DNA of 64,000 nucleotides from Massalongia carnosa (GCA_965645245.1 OZ287088.1:372001-436000), one strand, 5' to 3'; counted from the stretch's first letter, positions 36,837 to 47,863 are shown. Numbers and translations are program-made. Notes: a model not told the origin generated them from the sequence alone.

Positions 36837-37180
36837 ATCTGAGATAAAAAATGGGGAATGGCAGAGGGGGAAGGGAAAAAAGACGGGGAATGGCATCTAC
36901 ATATACTAATCTACAAATCGCTTCAATACTGACCAGTAGTACGACTTCATTGGCATGTAGGCGGTGAGGGTAGTTTTCAGATTTTTGCCGGCATTTTGCC
37001 ATTTTCGCATAAATATTTGATGTGTGGTCCCAAATTCAGGGTCGCGACCAACCTTTTGCAGTCGACTGTACCTGTCCGATGTGACACCGGGTTGACGTCG
37101 GACAGGAGACGCAGAGCGAAAATCATGTGAGAACTGTGACGCCTTGTGAGATAAGAAGGAAAAGAGAAGTGAAACTACTG

Positions 37181-38390
37181 TTAATTGTACAATAGTGTAG
37201 ATGGCAGTGAGAATTGGGTCAGTAGACCTGTTTTCATTAGCCAAGTAGTTAATATCTTTAGACTTTTTGATGTTTCGGTCAGCTGTTGATAGTTGTTCGT
37301 GCCAGCGGCGCAAAACCTCTGTTCTCTATTGTCAATAAGTCTACAGAACATAATTACGTGTTCTGGAGTTTGTCTGTGCCAGCCACATGGGCAGGCCGGT
37401 GAGGTGACGGCGGGGACCCGTCGCTGGTAGAGGAAGTCAGCTAGACCGATCTTACCGGTGCGGATCTGTGTTGTCAGGGCGCTTTCTGCCTTTTTTAGCA
37501 GCGTGTGTATTTTTAGTCGTTTTTTGCTCAGTGGGACTGATTGCGCTATGGAGGGTTCGGTGACGCGATTTTGATATGCGCTCCACGAGTCGTTCCAGAC
37601 TTTCAGCTGTCGTGCTTTAATTGTCTGCATTTGTTTTTGACGAGCCAACGCTGCTACGGAGACTTCGCGGAGATGCGCTGGGGAGGGGTCGGACCATGGT
37701 GGGTGTGCTTTGGGTGGTTGAACGATTTTTGCGTCGATCAGTAGGTTTTTGGCCCAGGTGTGCTTCAGCTCTCCCGGAGTGGGTTTTTGAAGGCGTTTGC
37801 GACCTGCCTTGCCTTGAAGTTTGTTAACTATTTTGCTGCATGCAGAAGAAATGACCTTCGATTGACCTCCGGCTCGGAGTCGATGTCTGGCCTGCGCCTG
37901 TAGCGTGTCGAGGTGTACATCTATGGGTGCTATGTATGTCTCTGCTTCAAGAACTGGAATGGGAGTGGCTTTAAAGGCACCGGCTATGGTGCGAAGGCAG
38001 TTGTTTTGCATAACGGAGAGCTTGCTCGTTGACGTTTTTGACTTTTTGACTTCTTTGGGCATGTGCCATACGGTTGACCCGTATGTCATGACCGGACGCA
38101 CTACGGCGCTGTAAACTTGCCTTGCTTTGGTGAAGGTGGCACCCCAAGTCGATGTGGAGATTTTTGTCAATGCCATGGATTATTTAACCATTTTCTTTTG
38201 CGTTTTGCGAACGTGCGGTCCCCATTTCAATTTGGTGTCAATTTGCAAGCCTAAGACTCTAATGTCCGTTTTTGGTTCACTTTCGGTGCTTGCAATGTTG
38301 ATAGATGCAGCCATATTGAATCTTTTAGGATTTCTAGACAAGTGAATGAGTTCGTACTTCGTCGGAGCGAATAGAGATCCGTGTCGGGCT
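37181..38390 (-). pseudogene. LINE-2 ORF2 C-terminal fragment (RT end plus Zn motif, no RNase H)
   Basis: FAPTKYELIH, LGLQIDTKLKWGPH, STWG, QIRTGKIGL, CPCG..EHVIMFC. Confidence 0.88.
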
Positions 38391-39211
38391 AAGAATGATA
38401 AAATAGAGTTGACATCTCCTTCGTGAAGTCTCTATCCCAGTTTTCGTTCATCTCACTGGTGCGTTTTACGGCCCAAGACTATTGATGAATTCTACGATTG
38501 GGGTGAACGACGTCCCTTTCGCCCAGGTCAAACCCAGTTTACTCCTTAAGCATATATCAAGGGCGAGTCTAGCCGTAGCACATGCGCCGGCGAACCGACG
38601 GGGTCTCGTTACGAGCGAGATAGACATTCCCTGCTCTATATACACCGACATGCGCATACTGTCCTCTCGGGCTATGCAGACGGTCTCCGTACGGTGGCCG
38701 CCATTGCATACCACACCTCACGGGTTTTTTACGCCCACTTCGCGTTATTCATAAAGGTCTCCCGTTTATGAACCGACCATGTCTCGCAGGGATTTCGGCC
38801 ACTATGCTCCTGACCAGGCAGTATAGTATCGATTTTCCATCCCTACTAACCAAAACGAGTCGAGGACAACTCGGAGGGGTGCTCGTTTGAAATTCGTCTA
38901 CTAGCTCAGGGCCTAGACTGTTATCAATTAACGGGTTCCTCGTATATTGCCCTCTTCTTGTCCCAAGCGTGTCCTATTTGATGACTAGGTTGCCTCCACC
39001 ATCCCCGGTACGACTCCGGTTCGGGCCGTGTTGCTCACGGTAGCCATCAATCGGATGGTTTTCATAACCCAAATCCCTTGTATCGTGTAGGGTGTGACCC
39101 TACACTATGTATCTATATGTTTTATTTCTTTCAGCCGGAGGGTTCCGTGTTGTAGACGAAGGAGACCCGTGTGATAGACATAGCTGACCCGTGTCGTACG
39201 TCTTTAGCTCT

Positions 39212-39950
39212 CAGCCGATGACTGCATGAAAGGACTTGAACCTTTAAGAGTATGACCGAACGTTGTTAACGAGGTCTATGAAAATCTTATTAACGAGGTC
39301 TTCGAGAACAATATTAACGAAGTTCCGCTGAACTCTTTTCATTCGTTTTGTGATCCATCGAGGTCTACCCGTGTCAAATCCACACCATGCCCGTGTCAAA
39401 ATACATTATTTTCAGCTGATGACTGCTAGAGAGGACTTGAACCTCTAAAAATATGTACTCCGATATTAACGGGGTGCAGATCTGTCTTAACGAGCCCCCG
39501 CAGAACCCCCTTCACAGGGACGTGTTATTGATTTGTGACTGTGTTTTTTGTGACTGTGTGTTTTGTGACTGTGTGTTTTGTGACTATGTGTTTGTGATAT
39601 GTTTGTGACTGTATTTTTGTGACTGTATGCTTTGTGACTGTGTGCTTTGTACAACGTGTGATTGATGACTATGTGTTTTGTGACTCCGTGTTTTCCTCGA
39701 TTTTATTTAACAGGCCGGGCCTATTAAATGGGATATTGTTATTCTGCTCCGAGATGGAGTTTTCTTGAGGTGACAGCATTCGCCCCGGTGCCTTTACGCG
39801 CTCTGTTGATCCCAGCTGATGACTGCATGGGGAGACTTGAACTCTCAGGAGCTAGAACGCGTGTCGACTGTGCCCGGGTGGGGGATGATGCGGCTCCTTT
39901 TGTTCACATCTTCTTCCAGCTGATGACTGCATGAAGGGACTTGAACCCTT
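39212..39950 (-). repeat. Four 34-bp T-arm/B-box-like modules
   Basis: NNNRG-TTCAAGT-CYNNN-CATGCAGTCATCAGCTG at 39212, 39413, 39813 and 39917; a fifth degenerate copy lies at 47097. Confidence 0.8.
39531..39685. repeat. About 15-bp minisatellite with a TTTGTGAC core (8 copies)
   Basis: Read directly: repeated TTTTGTGACTGTGTG units. Confidence 0.9.
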
Positions 39951-40426
39951 AGAAGCATGGTGCAGGGACGCGCGCATTCTACCCTCAGGCGGTTGGCCTT
40001 CGTATCCTCTTCCGTACGTACGTCTGCGACGCGTGTGAACGCGTTAAATTAGCATTGTTTTGATGCGAAGAGATAGGAGCAAATCTATGTTTGACGGTCG
40101 CCCCACGGTGAGGCCTTTGGCGTCTCCGTGGTGACCGATGGTGTAGAAGGAGGAGGACCGATGGTGTAGAAGGAGGACCGATGGTGTAGCTCAACCGGAG
40201 TTTTAATAACGACAGCGACAACGACGAAGAACCGTAAGGAGATACTCAGGAAATTCGCCGCTTAAGTATTGTTTTATGGTTTTTGGGTTAATTCCCTTGT
40301 CGCCTAAATGAGCTGCCCAGTCGCATAATGAGCGAATGGACGGAGGAAAGGGGACGTGATTCCATATCACGTAGTATTCGGTGTAGCTTCGTCGTGCCTG
40401 CTCGTACGATGTTCTAGTCCCTACAG

Positions 40427-42600
40427 CTAGGCCCCACCATAGATATCTCGCTGCTGAGTTTGACAGTTCTTGGTTTTGGAACCAGTGTTCCGGTGGTTCA
40501 CCGATTGCGCCCCGTGGGCTAATGTCAAGTCCTGTAGTAAAGGATAGTTGTCGGCAATTTTGTTCCATTGACCGCGGGAAAGTATATCTGCCAGAGTATT
40601 TTCTCTTGATGAGATCCAATGTGATTCAATGACGATGTCATGTAATGCTAGTAGCATGGCAATTTCCCGTAGGGTTTCATGGCCGGGCCGCGTATGGAGC
40701 CGTTGCGTAGTCCATTTACGACCGCTTGACTGTCGCCATATATGACGAGTTTGGATCCTTTAAAATAGGTAGCCATTTGCGCAGTGCGTGTAATACAGCC
40801 ATCATTTCTTTGACATTGATATGTTTCTTCATGTCTCTGGACGAGGTCCTTATCGAGAATACTTCGGCGGACGAGACTACAGATTCCTTTGAATGTCCTT
40901 CGTCGATCGTTCCGACTATTTTGCTATGCGCCATGCGTGACGCGGCATGTTCCCGGACGAGGTCCGGTGAACCTTTGATACCTCGAGCAGATGCAGCGAG
41001 AAATTCTTTGGAATTTTCTTCGTCTGTCACCCCGGCCATCCGCATCGAAGACACCTCGGCAGACACCTCCAGAACTTCGCTGTAATTTCCTTCTTCGGTT
41101 ATCTCGGTTGTCCCGGACTTAAAGGTGCGCATTGCGATGTCCCCGGACGAGGTCCGTATGGCTGACGTCTCGGCAGGTGTGACTAGGAATTCGTTGAAAT
41201 TCTCGTCGTCTATCACCCCGACTATCCCCTGAGACTGCGAGACCCGGACATCTTGTATCCTTAACTCGTTGTCTGAAGACGTCTCGAAAGAGATTGAGTT
41301 CTTCTTCTTTGAAGGCATCCAATGCGAGGGTCTCGTGAGAACACCTCGTCTTGGGAGAGATACCTCGGCAAACGCACGCTGTGTTTCGGTTGTCTCTAGT
41401 GTTTGTGTATTTGAATAACGAGAAAGCGTGCCCGCTTCGGTGGAGTGTGGGGTTCGGTGCACCGAATAGTACCCGCCCATTCCCCATGTTCCCGAAGCGT
41501 CTGTCCATAGACGAATTTCCTCTCTAGTGTTCAGCGATCGTAAGATTTGAACGCCGTTCCATCGGGGCAAGAAATATTGCCACCATAATAGATCTAGTCG
41601 CATGTCGCCGGCTATGCGGATCCGACCCGTGTCTTCGCCGAGGGCGGTAAATAGGCGGCGTAAAAAGGCTCTGCCTGGTTTGACCACTTTGGCCGCAAAT
41701 GATAGAAAACCCTTGAAGGGAACGTAGTTCGTCTTTGGACATATAGTCTTGCGTCAATGCGCTGTTGACCCATTCGATGGCCTTTTTTAATTTGTCGGGA
41801 GGTAGGCGGGCTTCCATGCGTTTAGTGTCTAGTGTTAACCCGAGAAAATCGCAGATTTGCCCCGTCTCTCCCTTTGATGCGTTTATACGCATGCCCAACT
41901 CGTCGCACAACGTGTCGAACGTGGACTCGTAACGGGATGCCTCCTCGCTCGTCTTGACAATCGTGAGGAAGTCATCTAAAATAATGTAGGACTAGCCAGT
42001 TCTGAACGACTAATATCAAGTTTATTCCCTTCGCGAAGAGATCGAAGATAAATGGGGAGGTAAGAAGACCAAATGAAATAGGAGGAAGATGTCCATCCAA
42101 TAAGAATTGTTCCACTGAAAACCCAGCAGCCACCAGTCCGCTCTTGCGACGGGTATGTGCCGGAAGGCGTCCGCGAGGTCGCGTTTTACGAGGTATGCTC
42201 CTCGTCCGACGTCAAGAAGAGCTTCTAGTGCTTCGTCAAATAACGTGTACTCTAGGGCACCCCATTCAGCGGGAATGTGATAATTGACCGAGCCCTTGCG
42301 TGGATGAGACAGATGATGAATTCTTCGCCATTTGTCATTGGGGTTGGGGACGAGGCCCAGTGGGGAGGACATAAAGTGAGGCGGTGGTTCCCGTACGGGT
42401 ACTACACGGTGAAGTTGAATCTGTTCGTCCAGATCTTTGGACAACACCTAGGGTGCATCTTTGGTAGAAGATAGGTTCGGGCTTATGATACGCTGTTTTG
42501 GCCCTGAGTAGCCAATCCTTGCCCCACATCGAATGATGTTAAGAATTGTCCTTCTATAGACACTGTCTGGATGTTTCTCCAATCGTCATTTCCATCCCGC
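40427..42600 (-). pseudogene. RT/RNase H of the YR retrotransposon, frameshifted
   Basis: SSPLGLVP, WRRIHHLSHP, KRDLADAFRHIP, LDDFL, FLGLTLDT, WTDASG, HINVKEM, ENTLADILSR. Confidence 0.88.
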
Positions 42601-42699
42601 TGACTTAAGTGGGCATCGTACCTCGTTAGCATCCGCGTCGGTGTCTATCCAATATGGAAACCCCTCGGAAATGAACGAGAGAGCGCTTGAGACGGATAG

Positions 42700-43650
42700 T
42701 CAACTGGGCTTGCTTTGCTGTGGAGGATATGGATTGACACGCATGCGAAAATCGCGTTGCGTATGCTGGCGTCCGCATGACGCGCAAACGTGACGAAATG
42801 TGCAGTTGCTTGGACAATCGCCGCCGTTGTTGTATCGTCTGCACGCTGCTATGCCGCGTTGATCGTCTTGACTTGACGTGCGTTGGACGAGCGAATTCGT
42901 GCTCTGTGTTCGACGAAGATTGGGGCCAGCGTTGTAATCGATTTTTCGACGGAGATTTCGTTCCTCTAAACCTCTGTTCGGGGTCCGCCAACCGTGCGGG
43001 TCGTCCACGCCCTCCACGAGGCGGGCTTTATGAAAGCCGAAGTGGAATTGACGAATTGATTCGAACGTGTATAGAAGAAACCATCCTAGCAATTGATCGA
43101 TGTAGACGTGCATTGCCGCTTGAAGTTCCATTTGTGTGCCCGCGTGAGCGATGTGAATGACGATTTGACAGTATACGAGAAACGCGCGAAGAAGATGTGT
43201 GATTCCTCGTGCGTCCGAGGCCAGGGCGTCCTCTTCCCGATATTCCACCCTCAGCATGAAATGTCGCGAACGCGCTCGGTCTCGCTGGTAGCATTAAAGA
43301 ATTTGTGGGTGGTGCGGATTCTGTGCGTGACAGCACCGCTTCGTCTCTGAGACGTTGTATCACGCGTTCGAGCTCTGCCTCCTCTTGCTCGATTTCTCTG
43401 GCTTTTGCTTCGGCTCGTAGCCTTTCGGCTTCCGCCCTGAGGGCCGCGTGACGCTCTGGAGGCGGGATTGCCTCGGGGGAGGAGTGGCGTTACTCATTTT
43501 CTATTGTGGCCTCTCTAGAGTCTGATTGAGGTGTGACTCGGCCTCCCCGGCCGCGTGTGCCTCTGCCTCGACCCCGACTGCTGGTCGCACCACGGGGAGG
43601 ATTCGTCTGGCGATTCTCTCGCTCGCTTTTTGACTGCGTGTGTTCATGAT
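42700..43650 (-). pseudogene. gag-like ORF1 of the YR retrotransposon
   Basis: Coiled-coil N-terminus and C-terminal CRRYNNGGDC..C..RHVC..C...H finger upstream of RT. Confidence 0.65.
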
Positions 43651-43678
43651 GTGAATAGAATATGAATAATATGTTTGC

Positions 43679-43704
43679 GTGTGTGTGTGTGTGTGTGTGT
43701 GTGT
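43679..43704. repeat. (GT)n microsatellite
   Basis: Read directly. Confidence 0.95.
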
Positions 43705-43989
43705 AGAAACAGCGAAACACGATTTTTGATGAGTGTTGATGAGGAAAGAGAGAAGAGATGAGGGGATGGAGGAGGTGCCGTCCGTCACGGTGACAACTTC
43801 ACTAGCCCCCAGCAAGCTGGTGCGTTTATCTATATGGGACGAAATATCTGGGAATCCAGTACTCGGCCAAAGGGGGCGGTGAAATCACTACTATGGCAAA
43901 GCATGGACCGGCCCCGGCTAATAAGCAGGTTTTTGAGGCAACGGCTGATGCATCCTATGCAAATAACCCAGATAGGAAAAGCTCCGAGG

Positions 43990-44400
43990 GCTATACATTC
44001 AAGCTATTTGGTAGGATGATTGACTGGGCCGCTAGGAAGCAACTGACCGTGACCACGTCAACCACTTAGGCCGAGTTATTGTCTATGCTTCATGCGGGTA
44101 AAGAGCTCATATGGTGGGATACATCTATTTGAAAAGCTACAATTTAACCTGGATCAAGATATAGTCTTCTATAACGATAACCTACAGACAATTCGCATTT
44201 TAACCTCCGAAATGGGAAAAATTGACACTAAATTGAGGCATATAGACGTCGCCCAATGCTGGCTTATGCAATCTGTGCAAAGGGGGGAATTATGTGTTGA
44301 CTATGTGCCGACTAATCAGATGTTCGCAGATGGTTTAACCAAGATCCTACCTCCTCGAAAGCATCAACATTTCGTCAAGCTATTAGGTATAGTCAAATGC
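43990..44400 (+). pseudogene. Copia RNase H remnant; probable 3' LTR starts near 44546
   Basis: IDWAARKQ..AEL..KLRHIDV..YVPTNQMFADGLTK; a purine tract followed by TGTCAGG at 44546. Confidence 0.75.
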
Positions 44401-45249
44401 CATAGACCTGGTCAACAATCAGAAGAAGGGAAATACGGCCACAAATTGAATCGGCCAAAATCACTAGAAATTAAGGTAAAACATGGGAATTTTTCACTTA
44501 ATATAGGGTTTTCGGTCATGGCAGCTTTGGTCAAAGCTAGGGGTATGTCAGGCGATTAGGGGTCACATGACCCGCCATGGGTCACATGACCCACTAACCC
44601 CTACTAGATATATCCCTCAGTTAGCTAGCCTAGACCTCCCATATATCAATACACACCACTCCTTTTCACCTATATTCCACATTAGCCCATACAGCTTGAT
44701 ACTTATTATGGAGGTGTTTTCGTAGTACACGAAGTATTCCCTCGCCTCGCCTGCCTAGTTTCATCTACCCGAGTGTTTCGGAGACCGAAGTATTTCGGAG
44801 TCCGAAAATACCAGTTAGTATGGGCAAGGTATGGAAGAAGAGCTTATGTTGTAGATTGTCCTATCATATATAGATCAATGATTAAGCACTACAAAATGGT
44901 AGCATTTAGTCTACCCTTTGACCCGAACCTACCTATTTGTACCTCTATTGTGACAATCACGTTGTGTAGCCCCTGTGGATCCCGTCTTCCAGTAATGAAT
45001 GCCTGCTAGGAGAAGGTCTCCCCGTTTCAATAAGCTTATGATCTAATCGCGTCGATTACTTAATCTCAGATTAAGCGGTGAAAGAGATCGAGGATTCCGC
45101 CGCGCTAAACCTTATTTCTATCTTGATTCAATGAATCTTCACGTGTTCATTTCATATCACGACAGAGTTCACATCATGAAAGTAGTTCTCTTCTTCGAGG
45201 CCTGAGTCCTCGCAGGTCATTGACATCAGTCGAGGTGGGTCATTGAGGC

Positions 45250-46760
45250 TCATCTGAATAACGTTGATAAAATTACTACACTCGGCTGATGGCATTGCTG
45301 ACGTACTGAACGAGGTACTTGAGACGTTTTCTTATAAGCTTAAAGTCTAGATTTTCCTTCTCTCCATACTCTTTCTCGTCATAGACGAGAACGGCTGAGG
45401 GCGTAAAGAAAATGTGAACAGAATAAGGATCGCGATGAATCGAAGTCAAAAGCGAGACGTGAAACATCGAGTAAATCTTCATATCGAAGAAGAGGTCGAG
45501 GCGATACGCGTATTTGCTGACGACTTGAGACACTCGAAACGAGTCGAGTTTCTTTCAGTTCAATTTACGAGCAGGTTTTTGAGTACGTATGTTTTTAGCG
45601 TTTAGCCATACACTGTCTTCTTTCTAATAAATCGAGGCTGAGACTCGATATTCATGACCATTGAATTCGTGCTTTGTCTGCGAAAACTTTATTTCTTTCT
45701 GAAGTTTCTTGCTTATCTCTTGCATTTTGATCACAAAATTCTCAGCGTTAAGGCTCGCAGATAATGACGCTTCGTACACAAGCTCGAATCTCATACGTGA
45801 GTAAAATTTTATTTCTGCGTACAAAGGGCTGAATTCGATTGTCTTCGAGGTTGTATTATTCCTCGAGAATTTCGTCAGCGACAATCAGTTCATTCAGTCG
45901 TTCTTTAAGTAATCGAAATAAATTCGCAGGTATTGTTTCATGAAGAAATTGGCTCGCTTCGTTTAATCGTCGATTTTCGAATGAAAGACTATAAACAGAA
46001 GACCACGAATTCTCAAACGTTTGCACAATAATTTTCAGAAATTAGCAATAAAAAGTATATCTCGATTCGAAATGATTATTCGAGGTAGCTTATATAATCT
46101 TCAGATATCTTTCACGAATAGTGCGGCGAGGCCTTCGACGTCAAGAGTAATATGACAGGACGAGAAATGACGTCTCTTAAATAGACGATCAATCACGATT
46201 ATTATCGTATCAAAAATCCTTGCTCTTGAGCGGATCGGTGACGAAGTCTACTGAAATATCTGACGAGAGGTCTTACTTCGAGCGTAAACATGACAGTGCT
46301 TCATATATATGACTATAAACTGATAAAATCGAGATAAATAGTATTGACATTGCATAAGGTTGAAGGTTTTCGCTCTTTTTAAATATCTTATCACTGAGTT
46401 GTCATGCATCATTCTACAGAGCTGCATTTTCAGTGCAGGTGAGTTCGAGACGTACAAATTTCCTCGAAAATGTAGTTGATCGTTGATTTCTTCGCACTAC
46501 GCCAAGAATATTTTCTTCGAATTACTCACTTTGTTTCGCAGTAGTTCAAGAATCCTCGTCGAAAAGAGAATGACACGAGGCCCTTCAGCTTTGAGTTCTT
46601 TCAGAGTTTGTTTATCTTTCTTTTGCTTCAGATATTGATCGTCAACTTCGTTAGCATTCTGTATACTATTGTTCAGAAGTTTCGGATTTCGAGATTTCAA
46701 GATCACTTGATGTTGAATTTTTAATCGAGAGTTATTATCTTCTTTAGATAGATCTTGAAA
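45250..46760 (-). pseudogene. Heavily mutated Ty3/Gypsy integrase plus chromodomain remnant
   Basis: Degenerate integrase core; AYRLDL..FHVSLL; LKYLVQY chromodomain-like segment; many stops. Confidence 0.8.
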
Positions 46761-47417
46761 TCATTTGATATACGAGTTCTAGGTAGATGCCTGGGACTCG
46801 GCGTCTATATAGAAAGGCGGCTAGGCCTATCATTTCTGAACGTATCTGAAGTGTTAACGCGCTCTCCGCTTTGACTAGGATTTCGTGCAATTAATGCGTA
46901 TTTTTGACAGTAGGCTGCTTGCGATAGAGTGGGGATGGGTGTGCATTACTAGTATGGCTTCCACTATGCCTGACATACGTCTATGTGTCGTTTTCTGATA
47001 ATAGCGGTCATTTTATTTTGAACGGCGCATGCAGATTCGAGGGGTTTCGGACCTGACGGATTTGGTGTCGGTGATCCGTGTTGCGTTTGTAGCTCTCAGC
47101 CGTTGACGGCATGAAAGGACTTGAATTCCTAAGAGTATTAACGAACATTATTAACGAGGTCCTGGGAACGGCTATTCCATCTCCAAAATTGTAGCAACCA
47201 CAAATGATGATGAAGAAAGGGTCGAAAGAAATGTTAAAGACTTCAAACTGAAACGGGGAGACCGTCTCCCAGCAGGCATTCACTACTGGAAAAGGGAATC
47301 CACAGGGGCTACACAACGTGATGGTCACAATAGAGATACAAATAGGTAGGGTCGGGTCAAAGGGTAGACTAAATGCTACCCTTTTGAAGTGCTTGATTAT
47401 TTATCTATATAGGATAG

Positions 47418-47662
47418 TGTCACGATTCTACTCGGCACGACCTCGGCACTCGGATCAATTTGGCACCAAACCGTAGATGCCCGCACCATCGATTTTGTTC
47501 CTGCAGTCACGAGAAGATTCTACCGCGACTATACCACATAGATACTAGCGCAGTAGAGAATATATAGGGACAGGTTCGGGATGTCGATTGGCTTTTTCTT
47601 CTTTATCTTTATTGTATTCGATTCTATTGTCCCTATGACTTGTCTCTAGGTAGATCATAACA
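47418..47662. mobile_element. Solo LTR, 245 bp
   Basis: TGTCACG...TAACA termini; perfect TSD GATAG; splits the inverted-repeat arm precisely. Confidence 0.9.
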
Positions 47663-47863
47663 GATAGGACAATCCACAACATAAGCTCTTCTTCCATAAC
47701 TTGCCTATACTACCTGGTATTTTCGGACTCCGAAATACTTCGGTCTCTGAAACACTCGGGTAGATGAGACTAGGCAGGCGAGCTAGGGGAGGTGAGGCGA
47801 GGCGAGGGGATACTTCGTGTACTACGAAAACGCCTCTATAATAAGTTAAGTCCCCACACTATT

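Larger units (their letters stand above)
33386..37068 (+). mobile_element. Tc1/IS630-like DNA transposon with about 210-bp TIRs and two convergent genes
   Basis: TIRs starting CAGTCGACTGCAAAAGGTTGGTCGCGACCCTG at 33386-33595 and 36853-37068; TA TSD on both sides. Confidence 0.95.
33263..40256 (-). mobile_element. Tad-type LINE-2, internally deleted or chimeric, non-autonomous
   Basis: 15-bp TSD GCCGCTTAAGTATTG at 33248-33262 and 40257-40271; (CAT)n tail; only the ORF2 3' part remains, fused to about 1.87 kb of non-coding 5' sequence. Confidence 0.85.
32513..40530 (-). pseudogene. Tyrosine recombinase, split (about 40530-40257 and 33262-32513)
   Basis: KTIKQYLSG|IRSYQVD joins in frame once the insertion is removed; catalytic LR, SKTDP, HSFRRG, GRWKS and AYRLY. 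Confidence 0.9.
32235..43805 (-). mobile_element. Tyrosine-recombinase retrotransposon (DIRS/Ngaro type), interrupted by LINE-2; ends tentative
   Basis: gag-like ORF with a C/H finger, DIRS-type RT/RNase H and an overlapping YR ORF; ACTAG directly repeated at the proposed ends. Confidence 0.8.
44701..47846. repeat. About 330-bp diverged inverted repeat pair (44701-45029 and 47249-47846), TIR/MITE-like
   Basis: Reverse-complement alignment by eye; the right arm is interrupted by a solo LTR. Confidence 0.8.

Noticed and set aside
39212..39950. Hammerhead ribozymes (CTGATGA on the plus strand)
   Set aside because: The GAAA core is not conserved (GAAG, GAGA, GGGG in the copies that have CTGATGA) and stems I-III cannot be built
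39212..39950. tRNA genes
   Set aside because: Only a T-arm is present; no acceptor, D or anticodon arms were identifiable
40830..41450. Intein in RNase H
   Set aside because: No intein splice-junction or homing endonuclease motifs; internal repeats explain the insertion
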